Assembly (NCBI GenBank): GCA_977017645.1 | Contig: OZ360236.1 | Span: 67,828,001-67,892,000, forward strand | Source of the DNA: Torpedo marmorata | Lineage: Eukaryota | Direction: 5' to 3' | Length of the DNA stretch: 64,000 nt | Shown: positions 51,711 to 62,749 of the stretch, piece after piece | Numbering within the stretch: position 1 is the first letter of the stretch | Layout of the letters: the number at the start of each line of letters is the position of its first letter | Notes under the pieces: generated by a model | Told to the model about the DNA's origin: nothing | Seen by the model: only the letters and a program-made list of their open reading frames with translations | The model's database searches: none | Program-made: the position numbers and the translations under genes

Positions 51711-52018
51711 TAAGGAGTCTGAGGAGATTTGGCATGTCATTGGATACTCCATCGAACTTCCACAGGTGCACTGTGGAAGGTATACTGACTGGTTGCATCA
51801 CAGCCTGGTTTGGCAATACAAGTGCCCAGGAACGCAGAAGGTAGCAAACATAGCCGGGTCCATCACAGGCTCTGACTTCCCATCCACTGCAGACATCCAT
51901 GTGAGGCACTGCCTCAAAAAGGCAGCAAACATCATAAAAGACCCCCATCATCCTGGTCACAACTTCTTATCACTGGTACCTTTGGGCAGAAGGAATAGAA
52001 GCTTGAATTTGAAGCACC

Positions 52019-52254
52019 AATAGCCTGAATACGACTGGGATTGTCTGATCTTTGAAGCTAAGCAGGCACAGGACTGGTCAGTACTTGGAGGGGAGACCAC
52101 CTAGGAACACCAGGTGCTGTAGGTTTCTGTGAGGGGCGCTGGACAAAGTAGCAATTCTCTGTCTGCCTTACGGTGGACAAAAATTTTAAAAAATCATGTA
52201 TGTTACATTCTAAATGTAATATTACGTGACAATAATGGAACCTTTACCTTTACC
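52019..52254 (+). mobile_element. 5S rRNA-derived SINE-like insertion with a Rex1-type tail
   Basis: 52019-52127 aligns to 5S rRNA (GAAGCTAAGCAGG box A, GTACTTGGA-GGGAGACC box C, GGTGCTGTAGG); followed by a tail ending GTGACAATAA...(CCTTTA)n. Confidence 0.82.
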
Positions 52255-52529
52255 TCTAGGTTCAAGAACAGTTTCTTACAAATAGCTATCAAACTCTTGA
52301 ACCTCACCTTGGTACACTAATCACAGACTGTCTGCACTGTTGCAGGTCACTGTTTGCACTATGATTACTGTGAATATTTATTACATATTATGTATTTATT
52401 ATCTCTTTTAATTTAATTCAATTAATTTACTATTATAGTTGCTCTTTATAGGTACCTGTTCAGCTGCAGCAAGTAAGAATTTCAGTCATGTGTACATTTT
52501 ACAATGTGTATGACAATAAACTCATTATC

Positions 52530-52710
52530 AATTTTTGTTCAGGCGCCTGCTGACATTTTACTCATACCTTGCTGAAGGGCTCAAGCCCGAAACATTGGTT
52601 ATGCATCTTTATTTTTGCTATATAAATTACACTGTTTGACCTGCTAAGTTTCTACGGCATTGTGTTTTTACGTCAATCATGGTGTCTCCAGACTTTCATG
52701 TTTTACTACA
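52530..52710 (+). repeat. Penelope-like repeat with a hammerhead-like remnant
   Basis: TTGCTGAAGGGCTCAAGCCCGAAAC, then TGACCTGCTAAGTTTCT. Confidence 0.5.
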
Positions 52711-52749
52711 TCAATCCTTGTGGCTCATATCTAGATCGGCCTTTTTGAG

Positions 52750-53370
52750 TAATGAGTAGTTTATTGTCATATACATAAGTACAATGTACAGATGCACTGA
52801 AATTCTTACTTGGTGCACCCAAACAGGTACATAAGATGCTCCAGCTATAATAGTGTACATCAAATTTCTTCAATATACCAAAATAGAAAAATAGATTATA
52901 AGTATAAAAGAATAGATAGATAGATAAATATTAGCAATAGCAGATAGTACAAGAAAAAGGTGATATTTCAATAGTGTGAACAGATCTTTTGGTGGTCCTG
53001 GACTAGTTACTGGTTAGGATAGTACGGGAAGTTACATGAGTTTTATAAAGGACTGATGGATAAAAACTGTTCTTTAACTTGGAAGTGCTGGACTTCCGGC
53101 TTCTGTACTTTCTGCCTGAAGGTAGCAGTGAGAAGAGGTTAAGACCAGGGTGTTGGGGGGGTCCTCAGTGATGGCTGCCTTCTTGAGGCAACATCTCATA
53201 CAGATGCCTTAAATAGTTGGGAGGTCAGTGCCCATGCTAGATGTGGCTAGGTTTATCACATTCTGCATCTCCTGTGTTCCTGGGAACTCAAATTACTAAA
53301 CCAGGCTACGTTGCAACCAATCAGTGTACTTTCCACAGTGCACCTGTGGAAGTTTGATAGAGTATTTGAT
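52750..53370 (-). mobile_element. Degraded Rex1/Babar 3' fragment
   Basis: TTTATTGTCAT tail and a reverse match to 20915-21555. Confidence 0.7.
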
Positions 53371-54019
53371 CCCATATTTGATCCAGATGACACACAGGCT
53401 ATTGGTTATTGGGATCATCATTGATGGCATTGAACTGGTTTCATTTGTGGTTTAGTTGGATGCCAGTCATGACATGAGTGCTGTCAATCCCATGTGAGGC
53501 ATTGTATATCGCAGTCTTCAAATAAGTCATCAGATGAGGATTGGAAGTAAATATTTCCTTTCTAGCTGCTGAAAATGAAGTAGTGATGGAAGAGATGTTA
53601 CCCAGAAGTTTGCAATGAGTGATGAAATCATCACAGCAATTGAATCTTGAATCAAAATATTGACAATTCCCTCTCCTCCATAGATGGCATTTGATGTGTT
53701 AAATTCCCCGAGTAGTTTGTTTTTTGCATCGGATCAATTGATCTTAGTTATATAATTTATTTGACGCAAGGTAAAAACAAAGGTGCCTTGTAGTAGTAAT
53801 ATTTGTAATATGATTGGATTTTACATTCAGATTAAGAGAGCAAAGAATGGATCTATTCTGATTCTGATTAGTATGTTAAATTTACATAGAGGTGAAGATG
53901 ACCAGAAGCAGTGCTGGCTAAAGTGGATTGGCAAATTAGGTTAAGGGATTGATCAGGCAAGGGAATTTTTCTGATTATACAGAATAGATACATTCTAATG
54001 GGAAAGAAAAATTCCTCGG

Positions 54020-55160
54020 TGAGATCTACCATCATGATTAAATAAAGTTAAAGATAGTATCAAATTATAGAGAAAGCATATGATTGCACAGGCAGCAGGT
54101 CACAAAAATTGGATAGTATATTAAAAAACAAAGATTGATGAAGGGAGTAAAAGGAAGGGAAATTAGAGTATGAGATAAATCAAAGTAGAAATGTAAAATG
54201 TTTCTACAGATCTTCAGACAAGTAAAGCTAATAAAGTGAGCATCAGTGCTATAGACATTGAATCTGGGGAATTAATATGAGAAAAGAAGGATGTGGCAGA
54301 TGAACTGAACAGGTATTTGTAGCAATCTTCACTGCCAAGGAGAAAAGTAACATCCTAGAAACAGTTGTGAATTGGGAATGGAAGGGAGGGAGGAACTCAA
54401 CAGAACTACAATCACCAGTGCAGTGGTCCTGAGCAAATCATTGGAGCTGTGGGCTGACAAGTCTCCAAACCCTCATGTACTGCATCCTTGGGTCTTATCG
54501 GAAGAGACTAATGGGATAGTTGATGAGCTGCTTTCAATATTTCAAAATTCTATGGATTCAGAGGCTATTCTATTAATGTGGAAAATGGCAAATGTAACTC
54601 ATTTATTTTTAAAACGCAGATAGAAAGCTGGAAACTATTGTCTAGTTAATATGTTAGAGTCAACTGTGAAGAAGGTACAACTAATGCACTTAGAAAGAAC
54701 TGAGTGCAATTAGGCAAAGTAAAAGCATGTTTGATCATTATTAATGGTTCTTTGATAATACTTATGGGTAAAGGGGAATCAGTGGATTTCCTGTACTTGG
54801 ATTTCAAGAAAGCACGATAAGGTATTGCAGTAAAGGTTATTGCAAAAAATAAAATGATACAGGAAGAAACTTATTGGAATGGATAGATGAGCTGCCTACA
54901 AAGAAACTGAGAATAGGCATGACTTGTTTTGATTAGGCATTTTTTAAATCTCGGAGTCATGAGTCTTTGGAACTCTGTTCCTCAAAGTAGAGTAGAAGCA
55001 GAATATTTGAATCTTTTCAAGGTGCAGTTGGATAGATATCTGATTTGCAGGGGAAGAAAGAAAACCACTGGTAGTCAGGAAAGTGGATTTGTGTTCACAG
55101 TCACATCAGCCTTGATTTTATTGAATGGTAGAGTAGGTTTGAGGGGCCTACTTGATGAAG
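54020..55160 (+). mobile_element. Degraded CR1 LINE ORF2 and 3' end
   Basis: KSPNPHVLHPWVL, IFQNSMDS, WKMANVTHLF, YLDFKKA, SLWNSVPQ. Confidence 0.7.
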
Positions 55161-55274
55161 GCATGCATTGAGGCGGCATCATGATATGAACGTTCCCAAT
55201 GCACCATCAATTCAATACCTGTGTAGGAGCCAAGGGGCTCGTTCCTTGCCTGTGGTTTGGCCGCGGGCGTCGGC

Positions 55275-57965
55275 CAGGGGTGCAATGCTCATTTTTTTAG
55301 GTGCCGGAGCTATCAAAATGCCTGCCATTTCCTATATCCTCTCTCTATATATGTCACACCCAATTTGTGTACCTGCTCATTACATGAATGGGGCAAGGAT
55401 GTTGCCCAGTACATGAAATGAGCAGGTACACAAATTGGGTGTAACATATATATATATGAATATGGCTTCTTATAATGTCAAGCACTAAACCAAGATGAAA
55501 GAAATATATGAATTCCAGAGCTCCACAGAAATGTAGTGATAGTTAAGACATTAACAAGATTATAGCCTATCACTACATTTCAGTGTATAACTGGTACAAT
55601 AAAACATATAATACCTAATTTAATAATATGACAAAGTATTGCACGGTTGCACTCACTAATTATCATAAAAAATAATTATCAACAAGTAAAGAAAAAGATG
55701 GCAATCATGTATTTTACCAATTTAAAACTAATTACCTACTTACCAAATGCCACCAATGAGAAACTTCACAATAATTTCCACAAAGGGTCAGGCGTAATAA
55801 GTTTTTGGGGGTCTGAAGCAACTCTTGTCCTGGTGTCATCTTCTGATCTATGGTACCGCAGCCATGATGTGGCATACGGCTCAGGATTCCACTGAACTAG
55901 AGGAGGTCCGTGTAGTTTAACAAACATAAGTGCTGATACATGATTTATGAGAATCCTTGAGCGTGTTGTTGTTATTATCAAGTTCATGTGACTGAATCCC
56001 CTCTCACACTCAGCAGTACTAATAGGAATAACTTGAGAACAGCTCAGTAATGGGCGTAAATCTTGGGGGATGCGGCGTCCACGATCCTCCACATAGTCTC
56101 TGAAGGCATTTATTACAGAGGAAGAAGAAAGCTTAAACCTCTTACAGAGAGATGATATTGCAGCTTCTCAATAATTAGGCGGTATTTCAGCAGGCCAGTA
56201 GCCTTTATCAAGGACACACATTTCATTTAGCAGGGATTTATACATACTTTGAGGTTCAGAAGTTTGAGAACCTTTCAAGGATGTTGTCGTGAAAAAACGG
56301 TGCAGCAAATTGTTTATAAGACTAGTAAGAAACTGTAGATAATTAATGGAGACAATTTTGTTGTTGCTTGTTAAGGTAATTTCTCCAAACTTCCCCTTTT
56401 CAACTGCCTCTTGAGCTTCTAGAGTTTTTGTACCAGGTTGCTCTTTCAGTCCATGCAGTGATCTTATGCTCCGTTGGATCACTTTGTCTGCATAAACAAT
56501 CGTAGTAGTGTGTTTCTGTAAACACTCTGACAGTAAACCAAGTTCATGCAACATGTCATACATTAGAGCTAAGTCCAATAGAAACTGTTCTGAAGAGAGT
56601 CTTCAACAGACCTTCATAGGCTTTTCTGTCACTCCCAGATCTTGTTTCATCCTTCATTGCTTTTTCGAAGTGAAAACACAGTGCTTCATAATTTTGCCAC
56701 ACTGCTGAAACTGTTCGAAACGAGCTAGCTACCCACCTGGTGCCCAGAACATGGCCTATTTTGCAAATTTGTTGTTCTAGTTGAGAGGCACATTCAGACA
56801 GTTCCTTTTGATTTAGAGGTGATCTACTGTAAACAGAGTATAATTTGTTCATAAATTATTGAAAATGATTAATTCCATGAACTTCTCTCATCGAATCACC
56901 TACTGCAAATTCTAATCTGTGATTAAGACAGTGCCAAATTATCACACCAGGGTAATGTTCCTTGAGAATTATAGCAACATCAGATTTGACACCAAGCATT
57001 ACGCTCGCCCCATCACTAGCAAATGCTACAAGGTTCTTTTTCAAGTAAGAGTCATCAAACCCATGGTTATTGAGACAGTTCAATAGATGCTTAGCAATAG
57101 TTGAAGCTTTCTGATCAGGCAGTTCAATTAGATCTAAAATCATAAAATGGGGATCACCTTCCTTATCACTCTCACATTTCAAATAAACTATTAGGGCGGT
57201 CTTAATGCTCAGGCTTGTTGATTCATCAATGAGAACAGAAATTTTGCCATTTATCTGCTTGATATGCTGGCAAATTTTCTTTTTCATATTAATGGCAATG
57301 TGATTAATTATCTCTGTAGCACTAGTGCAGGAATGCAGTCCAATTCCAATGTCAATACCATTTTTGTTTTGAAGTTCCAATAAGCAAAGTGATCAGAGTA
57401 TGGTCTGTCATTCTGAGCTAAATAATATGCAGAGCGAAAAATTGAACAAGTTGCCTTTAGATGCAAAGCCTTCATGGTGTCAATAAAAAGAGCATCTTCA
57501 CCAGCTATATTTTCCAACACGTAGAACAGCAGTGTGAGCTTTTGATAGTTTGTGATCAACAATTTTTTTTCTGAGGGACTTCAAGCATGTACTTCGATTG
57601 GCTCCATAATAGGATACTTGGTACATCTGCCATTCATTTGACAGCCTCAAACCCTTAGAAGTGAAAAGTGTCAGATTGCTTATGTTTGCACATACTTTAC
57701 ACCCAAGTTTATCATCCTTGAAGTCTAACCAGGGATAAGTTTCCTTCTTTTTCTTCCACATTTCTTCAGTCCAAACACCTGAACAGGGACACAAGCCTGA
57801 CTTCGAAGCACCATTACTTTCAGAACTGTATTTGGACCCGGTTAGAAAATTTTAACTAGAGGCAAGCGAAACATAGCTTTTGTCACTTTTACAGTTATCA
57901 CTATCAGTCTCTTGTATGTTATTCTTGTTACACTCCTCAGCTTGTTTCTGAAAGAAAGAAGTTAA
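55275..57965 (-). mobile_element. hAT transposon with a KIAA1586/ZNF862-like transposase pseudogene (about 55766-57960); 5' end missing
   Basis: YPWL....LGCKVC, LIDEST, FASDGASVM, WHCLNHRLE, TRWVAS, STAECERGFS motifs over several frames; CAGGGGTGC terminus at 55275. Confidence 0.85.
55346..55452. repeat. About 107-bp near-perfect palindrome (MITE-like) flanked by TA repeats
   Basis: TGTCACACCCAATTTGTGTACCTGCTCATT...AATGAGCAGGTACACAAATTGGGTGTAACA. Confidence 0.85.
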
Positions 57966-58290
57966 CGTTGTCTCTCTCTTCATCTAACCCTTGGTCTCCT
58001 TTCCTCCAGTTCTCTACCCCCTTCGCTTTCCTATCAGAGAGCTACCTTTGGCCCTCTCCTGTCACTTATCAGCTTCTTTCTCTTATACTCTCCCACCTGT
58101 ATCCACCTCTTGCTTGTGCTCCTCCCCCTTCCTCTCGCCTCCCCCCACCTTTTTTAGTCTACCTGTTTTCAAAGATTCCCGAAACTTTGGTTAGCCTTTA
58201 CTTCCCATGGATACTGCGTGACCTACTGAGTTTCTCTAGCACTTTTGTGTATTGCACTCGACACCAGCATTTGCAGATTTTCTTGGTTTC
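57966..58290 (+). mobile_element. Penelope-like terminal fragment
   Basis: Pyrimidine tract, then CCCGAAAC...GATACTGCGTGACCTACTGAGTTTCTCTAGCAC. Confidence 0.5.
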
Positions 58291-58835
58291 ACGTTGTCTT
58301 ACCAGATCTGACTCAGGAGAACAACCGTTTGGGTAACTTTTACATTTCCTCCAAAATCGACCAAATGTTCACTTCCTTGGATCATAAACACCAGATTGGA
58401 ACAGAAAAAGAAAAAAGAAAATACTGGGAGGGCCACCCATCATTAGCATAGAATCTGTATTCAAACAGCACCAAGTCCCTCCCAGCTGAATTGACCAAAC
58501 ACGTGGAGACTGGTGTTCGAATCGGAACAATCCCACAGAAACTCAAGCGAAACCCTGACAGTCACATTCACAGAACCATGGCTGACGGACAAACGTAGTA
58601 GACTCTTGTAATGTCCCAGTATGTCCCATTACTCAGGCGGGACAGACCCAGAGGAATTGGTACAGTGGTATGAAGATCAAAGGGATTATCTATGTCCCAC
58701 CTGCCCCACCTCATCCGCGAATCAAATTCCATAAACTAAAAGCAAGATACTTTAGTTACCTTTTGACTGTTGAATTATTTTCCCCTTGAAATAAGTATAA
58801 GAGAACCGCGTGTCGGCCCGGCCCGCAGCACTCAC

Positions 58836-58942
58836 CACTGGATCCGGGGAGCCTCTTTCCTCGCCATCTCCTTCTTCAGCTTTTTCCGATCAACCCTGTA
58901 GTCGAACTTCTTCCTCCTGATTTTACCTTTTGCTCTCGGCAT
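58836..58942 (-). CDS. NOP16: Nucleolar protein 16, coding exon 1
   Basis: MPRAKGKIRRKKFDYRVDRKKLKKEMARKEAPRIQ + TG, then a GTGAGT donor; resembles the vertebrate NOP16 N-terminus; head-to-head with HIGD2A as in human; functional status unknown. Confidence 0.85.
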
Positions 58943-59242
58943 CTTGCAGCCAAGAACAGGGACGCCGCCAGCCTCACTCCTTCCATGGCCCTCACTACTC
59001 CCCCTTCATCTCTGACCAATGTGGGTGGATCCTACCGGGATACCGGTGAATAATTCCAGCACAAATCTGATTTATACCACCCATATTACAACACAAAGTG
59101 AACAATCCTCCTAATTTGTTTTTTTTTTCTCTGTTACCTTGTAGTAGCATGAATAAGATGAACCCTGCCTTGGCTTGGGCACCCAATCAGCAGCCGGCTC
59201 TCCCCTCAGCCCGCCGCCTCCTCCCAGCGGCGACGACTCATC
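58943..59242. promoter_or_regulatory. Putative bidirectional promoter / 5' UTRs between NOP16 and HIGD2A
   Basis: 300 bp between divergent ATGs, CpG-rich flanks, CCAAT boxes near 59016 and 59183. Confidence 0.65.
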
Positions 59243-59393
59243 ATGGCGAAGCCGGTTGTTGTGGCGGCTTCAGCTCTCGACGTGACGAAGCCTCCAGCTA
59301 TCGAGGGCTTCACTCCCGTGCCCAAGCCCAATGAGGAAGGGTTTTGGGACAAATTCATCAGGAAAATGAAGGAGAATCCGTTCATGTCGATTG
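59243..59393 (+). CDS. HIGD2A: HIG1 domain family member 2A, coding exon 1
   Basis: MAKPVVVAASALDVTKPPAIEGFTPVPKPNEEGFWDKFIRKMKENPFMSIG matches the KPPxIEG...KFxRKxxENP pattern; phase-1 donor G/GTTATT (weak). Confidence 0.82.
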
Positions 59394-59451
59394 GTTATTA
59401 GTGGTATTTTTCCCCCGTCAGCCACCACCCCCTCTCCCCAACACCCACTTT

Positions 59452-60380
59452 CGTAAAATCCCCTGTATTTAATATGCAGCTGCTGTTAAATTCCCCACTA
59501 GTTAAAATTCCCCACTTGTTTATTTTGCCTTTTTTTACAGAGGTGCCGGAATGGCGCTCCGGCAGCACTTCACCCTTGGCGTTGGCAGTGTCCCAGGGTC
59601 GGTGGGCCTCTTCCGGGGTCGACGTGTCCGCCAGTACGCAGGCGCCATGGACTGGGTTGACGCATGCGCACTTGGCTCGGCCCTGGCAGTGAGCGGTTGG
59701 AGCCAGGGTCAGGTCGCGTTCTTCAATGAGCATGCGCGGGGGTTTGTGCGCGTTGAAAAGGAGGTTCGCTAGCCCGTGTCATCAGTTGGGCGATCCGGGG
59801 AGGGTGAGTTAGGCATCGATAATTTCTGATGACAGTTACACGGACCTTAGAACGTTACATGTTATGATTGATCGGTACTTTGCTAGAACGTTACTTTCTT
59901 CTACAGTACTTTTTGCTATTGATATTGAACGTTACTACAGACTTTAGCCCTATTGTGTTTGTTAATAAAGTCTGCATAAGAAAACTCATTTGGGCTTCGT
60001 TACTGATTCATTCAAGAAACGCGTCGCAGACAAACGCCTCACTTAGCCTCCAAGCGACTATTTTATTGATCGAATTCGCTACATTTAGTCGACAGAATTT
60101 TTTTATTGGAACATTTGGACTGCTGTAAGGGGAAATTGAATTGTATTGAAAGCAATATGGCGGCCATCTTAGAAGTACTCAGTGCAGGATGCAGACAGTA
60201 ATACTCATCCATCGGTCCGAGTATCGGCCAGAGAGGGACCCAAAGCTTCTCATCCTAGAGAAGAAGGTCCTATAGACATTTTCGTGGAGCCATTTCTAGA
60301 AAATCAGTGACAATATCGACGGATGCTGCAGTAGAAACTCGCTTGTTGACAACAGCACATCACAGCCATCAGAAGCAATA
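59452..60380 (+). mobile_element. Possible LTR (to about 60083) plus a truncated internal region of an unrelated LTR element
   Basis: CpG-rich body, AATAAA near 59964, ...GCTACA followed by TTTAGTCGACAG and an ATG near 60158; no second LTR to confirm it. Confidence 0.35.
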
Positions 60381-60384
60381 GGCT

Positions 60385-62403
60385 TTATAATTTAGTATTA
60401 TAATACCAATAGATATAAAAAGAACCAAACCACAAAAAAAAGATAATATAGTAATTTAATCGTAATACATTTTTTTAATAAAAGCTAAAGCAATCTAAAC
60501 TAGCCTACCACCTACCCCCACCCCAGAATTGCACTGACTTGAGGAGATAATATAACTTCAAAGTATGAGGAATCATAAACTCTGATAATAGTCGATAAAG
60601 GAACCCCAAATATTAGTAAATTTTAGGTTTAATTTAATATTTGAACATCTAATGTAAAATAGGACATTAAACTTGATAGCCAATCTTCATAGATAGGAGG
60701 ATTACCATCCTTCCATTTTAGCAAGATCTGTCGTCTTGCAACCAGAGAAGAAAAAGCAATCACATGTTTTTGATTATTAGTAAGATCATGATTACTAGGA
60801 TCATTTATACCAAATATTGCTATGAATGGATTTGGATCTAATTGAGTAGTTAAAAGCAAAGAAAGGGTACAAAAAACTTTGTTCCAAAATCTAACTAACT
60901 TAGGGCACAACCAAAACATGTGAAATAATGTACCTTCATGAACATTACATCTATCACACATAGATGATATATTTGATGAAAGTTTAGCCAGTAAAGATTT
61001 CGAGTAATGAGCTCTGTGAACTACTTTGAATTTAATTAAATTATGTCTTGCACATAATGAAGAAGTATGGATACAGCCCAAAATATTGGACCACACTGAA
61101 GGTGAAAAAACTTCTTAAAAAATCTCTTTCCCAAGCCTCCTTTATTTTATCCACATGCTATATCACATTTTCTTTTAAAAGGGTATAAAATACTGACAAT
61201 GGTTTAGGTATATCAGAAGTAATAGTAAAAACCTTTTCTATGATTACTAACTTTAAATCTAAAGGAAACTCCAATCTCAAAGAATTTATAAAATTCCTAT
61301 CTTGAAAGTATCTAAAATAATTGTTTCTAGATAAGTTATACTTATTAACCATCTGTTAAAAAGTAATAAAATTAGTCTATAAACAAGTCTTTAAATGAAC
61401 ATACACCGTGATCTTGCCAAATCTGGAACCCTCTATCCCCACTAGATGGGGTAAAAAAAGGTATTGAGATTTATTGTACTATCAAGCAAGAAATTAAGGA
61501 TTATTTGCTTTTCTGAATTGAAACCATATTTTTAACACTTGTTTAACTATCTTGTTATTAGAAATTTTGGAATATATAAAGGGTGAAGGCATTCCTAATA
61601 TAGATACTAACGAATGTGTACCTATAACCTACATTTCTGATTTCATCCATTTAAATCTTTCTTGATAATTCTTAAAATGTATCCAAATATTAATAAACCT
61701 AATGTTAGCAGCCCAATAATAATTTCTGAAATTAGGTAAAGCAAAACCACCCTGTGGTTTGTCATTTTGTAGTACTTCCTTTCTTACTCTTGGTCTTTTA
61801 CCATTCCAAATAAAAGATGAAATTAAAGAGTCTGTTTGATCAAAAAATACTTTAGGGAGAAATACTGGAAGTGCTTGGAATACATACAAAAATTTAGGTA
61901 AAATATTCATTTTTATAATGTTTACACGGTCAATTAATTACATCATTAACGGAGACCACCCTTTAGTTAAATTTTTAACTTTATTCAATAGAGGAAGAAA
62001 ATTCTCTTTATATAGGTGATCAAATTTCACTGTAATGTTAACCCCAAGATATGTTAAATTTTTTAAACTACCTTAAAAGGAACTTGAAATGGTAGTACAT
62101 GAGGTGATTTTATCACCATTAATTCACTTTTACCTAAATTCAATTTATATCCCGATAAACTTCCAAATCGATCCAGTAATTGTAAAATCACTGGAACAGA
62201 ATTTTTAGGATCTGAAACAAACAGCAGCAGGTCATCTGCATATAAAAAATTGATATATATCTGTGATGTATACTCTGTTATTGATGGATTAATGGAACAT
62301 GTGATAATGCTTTTCTTTGCTTTTTCTCTGTAAACGTATATAGTGAATGAACTGTTATATCCATGATTTTATGGAATTAATAAAGAGATTTAAAAAAGAA
62401 AAG
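60385..62403. mobile_element. L1 with a 5' inversion (body on -, terminal 3' UTR 62245-62403 on +)
   Basis: 62245-62403 is the reverse complement of about 45432-45590, while 60385 onward matches about 45597 onward in direct orientation. Confidence 0.85.
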
Positions 62404-62748
62404 GAAGTCTGACTCCCATCTACTCATGGATAGGTGGTCTTCGGAGATGAACAGCTGCATCCCACTTGAAAAGGTTACATATAATTTCAGGAGGGGGTAT
62501 AACACCTTTCTAAAAATCTGGCAGCCTTATTTAGAGCATATAGGTACCTCATTGGCGCCAATATAGAGCTATGATTACTATTGTCTAGCCAGTAGACCTC
62601 TGTAAAGATTTTAACAATGTGGTATTATCGTGTCTCCATATGTTTTATTGTATGCACTGACAATGTGATGATCTTTTGTGTCTTTTTCTCCATTTTTTCT
62701 CTGTTTAATAGGACTTATATACAGGGAAGGGGGGTGGAGGGTTGGGTT
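62404..62748 (+). mobile_element. L1 3' fragment of another subfamily
   Basis: KSDSHLLMDRWSSEMNSCIPLEKVTYNFRRGYNTFLKIWQPY. Confidence 0.8.
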
Positions 62749-62749
62749 T

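Larger units (their letters stand above)
51520..52530 (+). mobile_element. Rex1/Babar fragment hosting a MITE and a 5S-derived SINE
   Basis: KVANIAGSITG...RHCLKKAANIIKDPHHPGH; the frame resumes SRFKNSF after the SINE; tail ATGACAATAAAC. Confidence 0.8.

Noticed and set aside
52019-52127. Functional 5S rRNA gene
   Set aside because: 5'-truncated, many substitutions, not in an array, fused to a retroposon tail.
53400-53520. Candidate NOP16 exon 2 (also checked about 39930-40020 and 23530-23610 for later exons)
   Set aside because: Translations do not match the expected NOP16 motifs or contain stops.
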